Under the pieces are notes generated by a model that had not been told where the DNA came from, ran no database searches, and was given only the letters and a program-made list of their open reading frames with translations. From positions 117,552,001 to 117,616,000 of the forward strand of contig OX597815.1 of assembly GCA_951406725.2 (NCBI GenBank): DNA of 64,000 nucleotides, read 5' to 3'. A program made the translations under genes and the position numbers. Origin of the DNA: Octopus vulgaris. Lineage: Eukaryota. Positions 14,966 to 28,304 of this stretch are shown here, piece after piece; position 1 is the stretch's first letter, and the number at the start of each line of letters is the position of its first letter.

Positions 14966-15085
14966 TCGAAAAATACCGAAACGTTGTGTTAAAAACAAAC
15001 AAGATGAGGACAAATATCCGTCAAATGAAAATAATTTAAATAATGTACATAATTTCTCATCTCCTAAATATAGAACTGTAATACA
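14705..15085. mobile_element. Rearranged tRNA-headed element with hammerhead motif (inverted partial copy plus forward copy)
   Basis: 14715-14776 is inverted relative to 14976-15030. tRNA-like head at 14848-14910, then (TAA)n. CUGAUGA core on the minus strand at 14797-14803. Confidence 0.65.
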
Positions 15086-15346
15086 CAACTATGAGAGAGA
15101 ATCCACTATGTGGACGCTCTTACGCTAGATATAGATCCGCAAAGGGACAAACGGTGAAACAATTGTATGGGGTTAATCTATATTTTCGTTATTTTTCATT
15201 TGTTCTGCTCGCTTACGTTCTTGGCTTGCTGAATTATTTTTTGAGAACAATTTTTGAGAACAATTCTTAGTGGTTGAGTCCCTTTGCGGATCTATATCTA
15301 GCGTAAGAGCGTCCACATAGTGGATTCTCTCTCATAGTTGTGTATT
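15081..15346. mobile_element. MITE-like element with ~68-bp perfect inverted repeats
   Basis: aatacacaactatgagagagaatccactatgtggacgctcttacgctagatatagatccgcaaagggac and its exact reverse complement at 15278-15346. Confidence 0.75.
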
Positions 15347-15989
15347 GATAATATTTACTGAATCTCAGTCTTTTATACGCTAGGCCACTGGTGTTTAAAT
15401 TGATGTTATTAAATTAATATCCAATTTTTTCACCCTCTTTTTGACTTTAATTATAGAACTGTAATACATATATTTGTTTTGTATTATTGTATGTATTGTT
15501 TATATTCTGAATTACTAAACTTTGTTTCATGTTTATAATATAGAGTGAAGTTGCTGCTCTGATTTTATAAAAAAATTATTGCTAAGTATTTATTGGGCAC
15601 AACCATCTCCATTAACTGTTGCACTACACCTTTTTTGTTTGAAAATGAGAAAGTGTGTCGTACATGCAATTATGATATGTACAATAATCTTGTAAGCAAT
15701 AGATGAATAAACTATCGTCTTTGTGAAACCGTAACAGTGTTAGGGAATTTATCTGGGAAAGATAGAGGGTAACATGTTAAAATTGCAGAAGGAAATATCA
15801 TTATGTAATATATTATGCTCATATTGTTCCATCCACTACAAGACTTTGCTCTAATATTCAAACAAGATATCTATTTATCGTTCATTACAAACTTCTTATG
15901 CAGCAATTTATTTTAATTTTTATTAGGGTGTTCTGTAAGACAGTGTGTCAAAATCAACAGATCTAAGCTACAGAATTTGCTTTCGGAAA

Positions 15990-16210
15990 GGTAGTGAGCA
16001 GGCAGAATCGTCAGAGCCTCTGGGAAAATACCTTGTAATTATCTGCTTCGGTTCTTTTCGTTTTGAGTTCGAATCTCACTGAGCTCAGCTATACCTTTCA
16101 TCCTTCGGGGTCAATAAAAATATAGTGTGTTTTAGTTACGAGGATCAATGCAGCTGATTATCCCCCTCTCCTCAAAATTAATGGCTTTATGCCTTAATTA
16201 GAAAGAATTT
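15990..16210 (+). mobile_element. SINE family A
   Basis: ggcagaatcgt...gagttcgaatct...cctttcatccttcggggtcaataaaa. Confidence 0.75.
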
Positions 16211-16361
16211 TTGAACTTCTTTTTGTAGTACATATACTAAAATTGAAATGATTTCACATTTCGGCGAGGGCGACGACTTTGTTTTTGATCTTATACAAAC
16301 ATACATACATACATACATACTTGCACACGCACATACATACGCATACACTCATATGTATATG

Positions 16362-16456
<95 letters not shown>

Positions 16457-16868
16457 CTTGTATGAATAGTTTAAGAAACCTTTACTTTGAGACTTGCCTG
16501 CGAGTGGCTCTATGTGTGCAACCGTATTTGAATTTATTTGTGTGTGGACTGACGTGCTTATTCCTGCTTGTGTATATCAGAAGATACAAAATATTTATAT
16601 CTATTTCAATAATTTTTTTTCTAAAGAAGATAATGTCTTTTGCAATAACCGTCTTAAAAATGTTTTTTAAGATAGGTGTGGCCTGAGTGACACATAAATG
16701 ATAATATCAGTGTCCTCCCTTCTGTCTAACCCTCTGATCTCTGCTGTCTGTAAACTATTTAAACTATTTAACCATTTCAGTCTTAATGACATCCACATTC
16801 AAGCTGCCTTACTGAAAAATGTCTTAGAGGTTCATATAAAAAACGAAAAGTACATGTTTATCAATTTG

Positions 16869-17060
16869 AAGGCAGCGAATTGACAGAATTGTTAGCAAGC
16901 CAGGCAAAACGCTTAGCGGCGTTTCGTCCGTCTTTACGTTCTGAGTTCAAATTCTGCCGAGGTCGACTTTGCCTTTCATCCTTTCGGGGTGTATAAATTA
17001 AGAAATAATCGACTTTCTCACTCCCCCGGACTTCCTGGCTTTGAGCCAAAATTTGAAACT
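16869..17060 (+). mobile_element. SINE family A (tRNA head plus Nin/Deu-like domain)
   Basis: aaggcagcgaattgacagaattgttagc...ctgagttcaaattctgccgaggtcgactttgcctttcatcctttcgggg. The gcctttcatcc...ggtcgataaa..agtacc segment resembles the Nin/Deu SINE domain (from memory). Confidence 0.8.
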
Positions 17061-17445
17061 AATATGTTTATCAACTTAATATACACTCTACAACACCCAG
17101 GAACAACTCATAAATCTACTCTAATAAATATGTCAGTAGATAGAGGAAAACCTCTAGATAATCCTGAAATAGCACACATTGTGTGACAAGGCCGTGCCTT
17201 TTGAATTATGGGTACAGTTCAGTATAACCCACTCAACGGGTTTTCATAGGCTTCTTTACGTTATGATTTCAACTTTTGGCAAGTCGGAGAGCGGCAGGAT
17301 CGTTAAGGTGTAGTAAGAGTGTTTTGCGGTACTTGTTTTCTTCCTGTATGTTAGAAGCCCAGATCTCGTTATTCGTCCTAAATTTTCTAATTGCAGTTTT
17401 CTTTATTTCTCGAAGAAATAAACGAAAGATAACACACACACACAT

Positions 17446-18290
17446 GGAATGCAGGCCCGGAGGATAGCAGCATTGGAATGAGGATTGGAGGAAGAAATAT
17501 TAATAACCTTCGCTATGCAGATGATACAACCCTACTGGCGGAGAGTGGTAAGGATCTGGAGGATCTTGTCCTGCTGGTCAAGAAAGAGAGTGAGAAATTT
17601 GGGCTGTACCTCAATGTTAAGAAAACGAAATCATGTCAACAGCAGCCACAACAAACATCAACATCAAGATCGATAATGAAGAGATTGAAGTGGTTGATGA
17701 TTTCAAATTCCTTGGCTCCAAAATAAATCGTGATGGCGACTGCACTCCAGAAATAAGACGGCGGATAGCACTAGGCAGAGAGGCAATGGTCAGCATGAGC
17801 AGGGTCTGGAAGAGTAGAGACATCAGACTCGCTACCAAATGCATATTGGTGAATGCAATTGTCTTCCCAATAGCAACATATGGATGCGAGACCTGGACAC
17901 TAATGAAAGCTGACCTGAAGAGAATTAATGCATTCGAGCTTTGGTGTTGGAGAAGACTTTTGCGGATTCCATGGACAGCGAGGCTCACCAATGGGGACGT
18001 TCTTAAGCAGATAAGGCCGAAAATGTCGCTAGAAGCTGGGATCACCAAGCATAGATTGGCATATTTCGGTCATATTATGCGGAGAAAATCCCTGGAGAAG
18101 GACATCATGCTCGGAATGGTCAGTGGCAAGAGAGGAAGAGGCCGACCAAGAACCCGCTGGCTTGACACCATCAAGAGTGATACCGGAATGGACATAGCCA
18201 ATCTGAAAGAAGCGGCCCAGGATAGAACTGACTGGAGGACACTGATCCAACGAGTGACCGAGAGTCGACTTCGACTGAGCGGATAGAGAG
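17446..18290 (+). mobile_element. 5'-truncated RTE-clade (BovB-like) LINE, RT C-terminal half
   Basis: GGRNINNLRYADDTTLLAES...LNVKKTK, a 1-nt frameshift near 17630, then FKFLGSKI...YGCETWT...FELWCWRRLLRIPWT...YFGHIMRR...GKRGRGRPRTRWLD. Stop at 18286 followed by (GA)/(TA)n. Confidence 0.95.
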
Positions 18291-18291
18291 A

Positions 18292-18344
<53 letters not shown>

Positions 18345-18409
18345 CATGTGTTTATACAAATATTTGACAGAACAGTAGACTGCCTGATACTAGAAGTGAG
18401 AAAGTCGAT

Positions 18410-18833
18410 ATACATCCACCTCCAGGCAAACAGGCGGCAGTTCTGAGGAGAGAGATCAGTCGATGGCATCTACCTTAGGATGAGATGAAAGGCAAAGTTT
18501 ACCTTGGCGGGATTTGAACTCAGATCGTAAAGTCGGGACAAATACCGCTTTTACCTGAAGCATTAATAATGATCATAAAATATTTGTTCGTGTTTCCTGT
18601 AGGTGTCTTCAATAATAATGGTTTCAATTTTGGCATAAGGCCAACAAGTTCATGGATGGGGTTAAGTCGATTACATCGACCCCAGTGTTCAACTGATACT
18701 CATTTTATCGATCCTGAAAGGATGAAAAGTAAAGTGGGCCTCGGCAGAATTTGAACTTAAAGGACGTAAAATCGGGAGAAATGCCGCTAAGCATTTCTCT
18801 GACACGGTAATGATTCTGCCAGTCCACCACCCT
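18410..18833 (-). mobile_element. Two SINE family A copies
   Basis: gatgaaaggcaaagt...atttgaactcag motifs at ~18485-18522 and ~18720-18760. Confidence 0.75.
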
Positions 18834-19124
18834 AGCATCTACTATAATAATACTCTTATGTTTTTCTCCGTCACAAGATATGAATGAGAAAGGAAGAGGT
18901 GACAGATGAATAAGGAAGGAAGGGGTAATGGCAAACTGGTAGTGGGAGCGTTTCAGCTCTGTGTGAGTATATGAGTATGTATGTAAAAAGGAAGTATGTG
19001 AATGTTTGTGTGTGTGTATGTGTTTGTGTGTAACAAATGATGATCGATGTCACATCTCAAAAGACAACCGCTTGATAACATTGACAAGTGTATTAATTCG
19101 ATTTACCATCCATATTTATATATG

Positions 19125-19356
19125 TTTGCTCCTCCTCGAGCCGGACCGTCGCAGGTGAGCTGCAAGATGCAGGAAGAAAGAGTGAGAGAAAGTTGTGGCG
19201 AAAGAGTCAGCAGAAGTTCGCCATTACCTTCTGCCGGAGCCGCGTGGAGCTTAGGTGTTTTCGCTCATAAACACGCATATCGCCCGGTCTGAGATTCGAA
19301 TCTGCGAACCCTCGACCGCGAGTCCGCTGCTCTAACCACTAGGACATGTGCCTCCA
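19125..19356 (-). mobile_element. SINE family B
   Basis: Reverse complement of 8261-8554 with an internal deletion. Confidence 0.85.
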
Positions 19357-19429
19357 CATATTTATATATAAAATACCACAATTAGCCGTCATTTTTGAAG
19401 GCGCGGGGCTAGCTAATCTATAATAATAA

Positions 19430-20231
19430 AGAGGTCAGATTTTGGTACGAGCTCAGCAATTTCGGGGGAGGGGGAAAGTCGATGTATCAATGCTCAACTA
19501 GTACTCATTTTATCGATTCCGAAAAGATGGAAAGCAAAGCTGGAAGAAATGCTACAAAGCATGTTTCCCAATGCGGTAACGATTCTGCCAGCTCGCCGCC
19601 CAACGCTTCTATACTATTTTACTTGTTTCAGTCATTTGACTGCGGCCATACTGGAGCACCGCATTTAGTCGAGCAAATCAACACCAGGACTTATTCTTTG
19701 TAAGTCTAGTACTCATTCTATTGGACTCTTTTGCCGAACCGCTAAATTACGGGGACGTTAACACACCAGCATCGGTTGTCAAGCGGTGTTGGGGTGGGAT
19801 AAACACAGACACACAGACATATACACACACGTACATATATACATATATACGACGAGCTTCTTTCAGCCTCTGTCTAACAAATCCACTCACAAGGCTTTGG
19901 TTGTCCAGAGGTTATAGTAGAAGACACTTGCCCGAGGTGCCACACAGTGGGACTGAACCCGGAACCATGTGGTTGGTAAGCAAGATACTTACTACACAGC
20001 CACTCCTAATAATAATCCTTTCCTACTATAGGCACAAGTCCTGAAATTCGTTGGGAATGGGTAAGTCGAACACAACGACCCTAGTGCTTGATTGGTACTT
20101 AATTTATTAATCCCGAAAGGATGAAAGGCGAAGTGGGTCTCGCTGCAAATTGAACTCAGAACATAAAGGTGGAAGAAATGCTGCGAAGCATTTTCCCCGA
20201 CGCGGTAGCGATTCTGCCAGCTCGCCGCCCT
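19430..20231 (-). mobile_element. SINE cluster: family A, family D (19612-20006), family A
   Basis: Family D head aggagtggctgtgtagtaag...ccgggttcagtcccactg...cgggcaagtgtcttctac (CORE-like). Matches 55475-55872. Confidence 0.8.
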
Positions 20232-20447
20232 AGCGTCTATAATAATAATGATTATTATTAACGCTTGTTGCAAAGGCAAATAATTTCAGTATAGTATTCC
20301 AACTCCGCAACAATAGGCGTCAATGCACAATTACAAAATAATGTATTGTTGCCGTTGTCGTCGTCGGTGTCATCATCATCATCATCACCACCACCACCAC
20401 CACTGCCGCCGCCGCCGCCGCCGCCGCCACCACCACCACCACCATCG

Positions 20448-20478
<31 letters not shown>

Positions 20479-22054
20479 TTAATCCTCGTCAACTTCAACA
20501 CTAGCTTCACTAGATAATTATTAAATAACATTACTCTCTCTAACATTAGTCGACATTATAAAATGTCCTCTACTCAACATTTTTACCATTTTTTGAAAAC
20601 TATCGCTGACATCTCTTAAAACCTTGACAACGATGACTCATATATTTCTGCTGTCAAGAAACCAGTTTTTATTTGCTTACAATATGTACACTGCTTATTA
20701 TATTATATACACAGTGATCATCTCCCCATATAATGCTTATTTATTCTTCTGCGTATTTATTCTGTTAGAAAATTGTGTACGGCAATGTTTGCACTGGTAA
20801 AAATCTTTTGTGTTATATTACGAAATGTCGAAAAGGTGGTGGATTGCCAGAAACTGCAGACAGGCGAACAAAAATGCCATTGTAGTATTAAGTTTTGTTT
20901 CTTTCTGTGCAGAGTTCGAATCTTGTCGGGGCAAACTTTGGTTTTCATTTTTCTGAGGTCGGTAAAAATAATTGCCAATGAAGTGCGGTGAAGTCGATCT
21001 TGATCTCATTTATTTGAAGATTTAATTATCAATGGATTGCTTCCAAATTTACCACACAGATGTAGTTTTGCATGCTAATGATGAATATTGCATCCGTTTT
21101 TGCGAAAAAGTAATAATATATAAGATATATGCATTTAAAAGTTATATATATTTTTTAGCCTATGAAAATAAGTCCAGTGTCCTCACAAGCGGAAGTCGAA
21201 ACTGTTTGCTGCTATGGTAACCTATTTGCCATTGACACAAACAAAGTATCGTTGAAAATGAAGACAAGAGAACTGCAAAAATATTGTCGATCCTATCGAC
21301 TGTATTACATTTTGGTTTTCTGCCTATGTTAATGATCAGTAATGCTAAACACTAAAATAGTGTTTGATAGAATCGGTAGACAATTTCATTCAGTATAGTA
21401 TTTGGTTACGTTCTGGGTTGAAAACTGCGCCATGGTCGATAAGATAAGCAGCAGTTAAGGCCTGGAATCGATTTGGTCGACTGTAACCACAAGAAAATAT
21501 GTGCATACCGCTTTGCGATCGATCTACCTTAAAAAAAAACAGAGGCTAAATCTCCTTCAAAGTATAATCTTAATAAAAACAAACGAAACAGTGAACAACG
21601 TTGTTTTGGAACCCCCACCACCCCACTCCACACACAAATGAACAAGATGTCTCTGATCAAAGGTTTGTTTGAACGGAGATAACGTCAAACTATATTTCTA
21701 AACTTTAAAAAATTATGAAGGCACGTGGCCCAATGGTTTGGGGTTTTCAACTCACAATCGTATGACCGTGGTTTCGATTTTGAGTACAAGCTTTAGGTTA
21801 TGTTCTCTTGAGCAAAACACTTGATTTCACGTTGTTCCAGTTCATTCAACTGAAAATAAGCACCTATAATAACTGAAGGGATAACCCTACGACTATGTAA
21901 CGTCATGTTTAATGAGGAATATTATATTCTCAGCATTTTATACACCATGGACAACCGGGATAACAACCGGGTTAATGCACAAGTAAGCTTGACAAATTTA
22001 ACAAAGATATCGATTATCAGATAATCCATAGGAAATATGATATACAAATATCGC

Positions 22055-22262
22055 CAATCGCCATGATAGATCGGTAGCCACTACACACATTTTTTCTCTC
22101 ATTGTTTCTCTCCTTGTTTTTTTTCTGTCCCTTTCTGTAGAAGAGCGTAGGCTCGAAACGTAAAAGACTTTTTCAATTCCTGAGCGTTATACTAATACAT
22201 GTTTGTTTTCTACACCACTTATCTTCGTCTTTTGTTTCTTTTTCGTGAACTCTCCCCATATA
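22055..22262 (+). mobile_element. PLE pseudo-LTR-like repeat with degenerate hammerhead
   Basis: cttt CUGUAGA A GAGC guag GCUC GAAAC GUA aaag at 22131-22166. Homologous to 48995-49189 and 51366-51555. Confidence 0.65.
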
Positions 22263-22444
22263 TCACATGCTCACGGGGCCGCACCAGTTGATCCTGTCAT
22301 CTCTTATCACCCACGAACTTCTCCACTGGACTTTCTACCTATCTACCCTTTACGGATTCTCTTTTGGACATTAACCCTCCAGCTGCACCTCTCCTACCTA
22401 TGGATCACTGTGGACTCTACTGTATATTTCGAATATTAATAGAA

Positions 22445-22790
22445 GCACAGGTTTGCTTCCCAACCAAGTGGTCTTCGGTTCAGTCTCACTGTGTAGCAAT
22501 TTGGGCAAGGGTCTTTTACTATAGTTCCTTGCGAGAGGATTTAGTAGACGAAAAGCGAAAGAAGCCTGTTGTGCGTGTGTGTATATACATACATGCATAC
22601 GCACGTGCGCGCGTGTTTATTTGTCCCCCAGCCAGTGTTGATTTATTTACGTACCTGTAACAGCGGTTCTGCAAAAGTGACCGATACAATAAGTACCAGG
22701 CTTATAAACATAAGAGTTTATTTCGACCAAACCTTTTGAAGTGTTGCCCCAGCATGGCTGCAGTCCAGTGACTGGAACATATAACAAACT
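22445..22790 (+). mobile_element. SINE family D, degenerate
   Basis: ggttcagtctcactg...ttgggcaagggtctttt...cagcatggctgcagtccagtgactggaac. Confidence 0.7.
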
Positions 22791-23349
22791 GCGAAGTGTA
22801 TTTCTATTTAAGAGAAGAAAAAAATTATGAAATTCGACTGATTTTTGCACTGAGTACAAGCCAAAAGATCTGAAGAACCTAATTAATTAATGAATAGGAT
22901 TGAAAATTAATGAGATTTTGAATACAGATTGTCAGAGATTTTACATTAGTGATTTTCCCGATGACTAGAGTATATGGCACTAGAACAGAACCGTTATTGC
23001 GGCCATACATGAACATTGAGCCTATTTTCTTTGACAGTGGGCGAGTCACGAATCGCTTATCTATCACTTAACAAGAGACCACATTGCCGATTACACCATG
23101 CTCAAGATGCATTTCTTTCGTTTTCAATTAAGATACGTTCGTATCTTCTTTGGCCAAACTTTTGACCTCTAACACATTCCTCGACTGACAAAGGATAAAA
23201 ATACAATTGCCGGTAATTTTGTTGGTCTTCTTTCAATCTCGGAAAGCAGTGAACCAATGTTTTATAATCTTAAATATTTGTGTGGGTGGGTTGTCATAAA
23301 ATACGAGTTTAAATATATTTTATTAATTACTTGTGTGTGTGTGTATGTG

Positions 23350-23382
<33 letters not shown>

Positions 23383-23384
23383 GA

Positions 23385-23423
<39 letters not shown>

Positions 23424-24422
23424 TAGATAGATAAATAGATAGATAGATAGATAGATAGATAGACACACACATACATACACACGCACACACATCATTTTAT
23501 AAGAAAATGTTGTCAGTGACTTCGAAGTTTAAATTACTTTCCTCTGCTAGACTATTTGTCAAACGCAACTGAGCTGGAACTGCGAAATCACTGTCAACGT
23601 GTTACTTGTTGAAATAAAGGTAACACTATTTATAAGCATTGATCTATCCTCCAATAATTATTGGACTGATTTCATTTATGACTATATATGGAAACAAAAC
23701 TTTGATACATGTATATGTATACATGTGTGTGTGTGTGTATGTGTGTGTGTGTGCGTGTATAGTTCCGCATTAAGTGGATAAACGTCATATAAGAACAAAG
23801 CAGGGAGCAGAGATATAGAAAAGTTTACTGTTTTCGATCAACCAGCTCTCGTATTTACTTCTCATATAAGATTACCATACGATTGCAGCTCGACTTGTTG
23901 GGAATAGGAGCCAAATCTCTTTTAAATCTCACCATACTTTCTTAAAAACATATGATACAGCACATTGGATATGCACTTCCAGATATACAAAAGAACCGGA
24001 TGTTCACAGCTGAAACACTTTTGACCGCACGATACCGCTTAACCAGTGTTGTTCTGTGGGTAGCCGACAGTAACGACACCTGTTGTCATATCTGGTGCCA
24101 AACAATTATTCAAGCGGACCAAAACTAGAGTTCCGAGGAAGCAGATCCCGTGTTGCTCCATCCAGGGCATCGTATTACAAATGTCACAGTTATTTCCTAT
24201 CTTATAGAAGGAAACTCTGCAAAATATTACCGTTATAGGTTCAAAACTCTGAATGAACAGTCAGAAACAGATTTGTTGTGATCCAGTTAGCTGAAACAAT
24301 AATTTTTCGGTTTTCAAGTGACCTATTATATATGTATTTAGTATACAGAGCACTCTTCTGAGTTATTTTTCTTCGGCCATATTTTTGACATTTATAATCA
24401 GAGTCGCTGTATTTCCTCTGTT

Positions 24423-24491
<69 letters not shown>

Positions 24492-24492
24492 A

Positions 24493-24527
<35 letters not shown>

Positions 24528-24528
24528 A

Positions 24529-24625
<97 letters not shown>
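24423..24625. repeat. (TATC)n microsatellite
   Basis: Direct reading. Confidence 0.95.
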
Positions 24626-24627
<2 letters not shown>

Positions 24628-25596
24628 GATCACTTTTAATCTTGCAAAAATGTGTAGAATATGTTTCACTGGGAAGGTTTAATAAGACAGAAACAAATTT
24701 GCTGCTATCACCTGTTGTCTTTAAAGACCAGACTTACTCCAATCAGCATTGCCTATGATGTCCAAAAATCTCCACCAATCGAACCTTATTGGAGGTTTTT
24801 GTTTTAAATCTCAAATAGCTCCAGAGAGAGTTCATTAATTGCATGGCTTATTTCAATTGATCGAATTTTTCGATTCCCCCAATTACATATGTAAGATTTT
24901 CCGGTGTTTGTGCTTAGTATGTATAGCACTCTACTATGCCATTTCCTGTCAGTGTCTGTTCAGTTTGTTGTTAAGTGCTGTTTGTCATTTTGATGTATTT
25001 TGACATTTTAATAGTAATATATGTCGGTACAATGTGTGTGTTACTGTGTGCGAGTATGCATTTGTGTTTATATATGTGCGGCATATGTGTATGTTTGTGT
25101 CTGAGTAGACGATGTCTTCTTCCTCTATACTTGATGTATTTAAGTTTCTAGGTCTGTCACTGAAGATGCAATCTCTATATCTAAAATTGAAGATGACATG
25201 ACTACTAAAACAATGGAAGACTAGAAATATTAGTCGGTCAAACTGTCAAACAATTAGTAGAAGGCAAACTTTATTAAGACATTGTTGAAAATTTAATTGA
25301 CTGTAAAAACAATTGACTTTGTCATACGCCTTTACTTCTGTATTTCCTGCTAAGATTAAAATGAGTTTTTCTTTGTAGTTCGTGCAATCCATGTTATGTA
25401 TCGTATTACTATTTTAAATGACTCTTTTACTACAGCTATGTTTTCTAGCGTTATTGTTTGAATCTGGAATGCATCAAATGATCAAACCTATAGAGAAGTT
25501 TGAAGAAAGATATTCGATTGTCAGATAAATTGGTCCGTTTTTACAGGGGTGAGGGAAAGAGTAATATTTATTCCGTTCCATTGTTATTGTATTGTG

Positions 25597-26110
25597 GGGA
25601 CGCGTGGCTTAGTGGTAAGGGTGTTGCACTCATGATCGTAAGGTTGTGGTTTCGATTCCTGGACCGCGCTATGCGTTGTGTTCTTGAGCAAAGCATTTCA
25701 TTTTACGTTGCTTCAGTCCACTCAGCTGGCAAAAATGAGTAATCCTGCGACAGATCGACGTCCCGTCCATGTGGGGAATTTCTACGCCACTGAAACCGGC
25801 CCTTATGAGCCTGACATGGCTCGGGAAGGAACATTTATTTTATTTTTATTGTTACTGTTTTAAGACGAAACATATATATATATTTCTTTATTGTCCACAG
25901 GGGGCTAAACATAGAGAGGACAATCAAGGACAGTAATTTCGGGCAAGGGGATAGTCGATTAGATCGATCCCAGTGTTCAACTAGTACATATTTTATCCAC
26001 TCCGAGAGGATAAAAGGTAGAGTCGACTTCGGCGGAATTTGAACTCAGAACCTAAAGATGGACGATATTCTGCCAAGTATTTTGCCCTGTGTGCTAACGA
26101 TCTTGTCGCC
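25597..26110. mobile_element. SINE family C (+, 25597-25832) and SINE family A (-, 25935-26110)
   Basis: Shared motifs with the other copies. Confidence 0.8.
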
Positions 26111-26894
26111 TTTGACAACCTAATAATATTGAAAAAGAACAAAATAACTAAATGACGCATTTTAACACAGAAAATGCGAATAAAAGAAAAGGGAAAATTA
26201 TTTGCATTAAAGAAAATAGCAAAAAAAAAAAATTAAATTAAGTTCTTAAAGTGGTGCCCCAACATGGTTGCAGTCCAATAACTGAAACAAGTAAAAAATA
26301 AAAGATAAAAAAAACATTTGCTTGATAGGAAAGTACTATTTCTAAGAAGTAAGTATTTCGTAGATATTTTAAACAGTTTTATTTTACGACTCTATACCTC
26401 TGAAAAAACAAAGTTTGAAATAAGAAAGAAAAAGAAAAAAAATATGATCTATTAATGAGTAGCGATACCAGTATCAACGTTCGTATACTGATAAACACCG
26501 AGAGATGATCATCGTATAAGATTTAGGTTGCCAGTTATAAAAAATAAATTATATATTGGAATCTCATGTTCACGGGAATCCTCTGAAAATTTCGCAGAAA
26601 TCCTGAAGTTCATATAGTCACTAAGAAACAACGATTAAACAATTACTATAAGGAACGTTTATTACTATAGGAATTATCATTACGATAAGGAATTATCATT
26701 ACGATAAGGAATTATCACTCGCATATTATACTGCATAGTCAGTACAATACAAATATAAAGTAATTAAATTTAATGATATATTGTTAAACGATTTTCAAGA
26801 AAGGCAGTCATAAATAAAAGCATAAATAAACGATTCATTCAACAATTACAATTTTTTTTGTTAATATAATTTTTTATTTTAATATTTGGTGTTG

Positions 26895-28090
26895 GAGAAT
26901 TCAAATCGTGCCGAGGCCACCTTCGTTCTTTCATCATTTTGGGTTCGATAAAATAAGTACCAATTAAGTGATGGTGTCGATGTAAACGACTGACCCCTCT
27001 CACCTAAATTTCAGGCCTCATGCCTATATCAGAAACACTGTTTGGTGACGGAACGGCAACGGGCTGGCAGAACCACTAGCACATCACACAAAACATTTAG
27101 CGGCATTTCTCATCGCTCTTTACGTCCGGAGTTCAAATTCCACCGAAGCCAACTTTATTTTTCGTCCCTTCAGAGGTCAATAAAATATCAGCCAAGTAAT
27201 GGTAACTGTCTTGCCCTTGCTCTCCAAATTACCAGTATTGTAGAAAAATTAGAAAGAATGTTTGATGTTGGATGGCGGTCAGTTGGCAAAAATCTTTGGA
27301 GCGTCGGAAAAAATGTTTTACAGCTCTTACATTTTGAATCTTGGCTCTTTACATTCTAAGGTTTAATTTCCACCGAAGTCAATTTTGTCTTTCATAATCA
27401 CTTGGTCAATAAAATAAAGAACCAGTTAAATAGTGGCATCGATAGCATCGACGTATACCTTCCTTTCAAAACTGCTAGCCTTGAAAAGATGTGAAAGCAA
27501 TACTTGATAATGGAACAATGAATATAATATTGCTTCCACATTTTGGCACAAGGCCAGCAAGTTTTTGAGGGAGGAGGTAAGTCGATTATATCGACCCTTG
27601 TACTCAACTGGGGCTTAGTTTTTCGACTCGGAAAGGATGACACGCAAAGTCCACTTTGGCGGAATTTGAACTCAGAAAGTAAAGACGGACAAAATACTGC
27701 TAGGTATATTGTCCGGCGTGCTAACGATTTTGCCAGCTCGCCGCCTTAAGAGTCCTTTCTTTTGTAGATACAATATCCGAAATTTTGAAGGAGGGGTAAG
27801 TCAAATACATCGACCCAGTGTCCAATCGATACTTATTTTATCGACCCCGAAAGTATGAAAGACAAAGTCAACCTTGGCGGACAAAATGTCTCTAAGCATT
27901 TTGCCCGGCGTGCAAACGATTCTGGTAGCTCACCACCTTAACAATGAAAAATAATATTTGTTTCAAATTTGAGCATAAGGCCAGCAATTTAGGAGAGGGG
28001 TAAGTCGGTTACATTGGCCTCAGTGTTCAACTGTTATGTATTTTATCGACCCCGTAAGGATGAAAGACAAAGTGGCTCGCGGCGGAATTT
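26895..28090. mobile_element. Cluster of six SINE family A copies (three +, then three -)
   Basis: + copies at ~26895, 27050, 27270; - copies at ~27530-27749, 27755-27940, 27960-28090. Confidence 0.75.
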
Positions 28091-28222
28091 ACGTACTTGA
28101 AACAATATTAAATGAAAATAAAGATGTTTTAACATTTAAAATATATACAGACGTGGATCGGTATGAGCTATAATATTTCGTATTAGAGAAACTTCTCAAA
28201 AATCCTTGTACGTTAATAGGCA

Positions 28223-28304
28223 CAGAACATCTATAGTAGATCATCAGATACCTTGATCAATCTCAGAACATCTATAGTAGATCATCAGATACCTTGATCA
28301 ATCT
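28223..28304. repeat. Perfect 41-bp tandem duplication
   Basis: cagaacatctatagtagatcatcagataccttgatcaatct x2. Confidence 0.95.

Noticed and set aside
23040-23260. Possible ancient mariner remnant on the minus strand
   Set aside because: Only vague similarity (HWFTAF, ENVLEVKSL). No diagnostic motif.
25150-25200. Further CUGANGA hits (25160, 28350, 37750, 60275)
   Set aside because: Lack a properly placed GAAA/stem III/cleavage triplet. Cannot be separated from chance.
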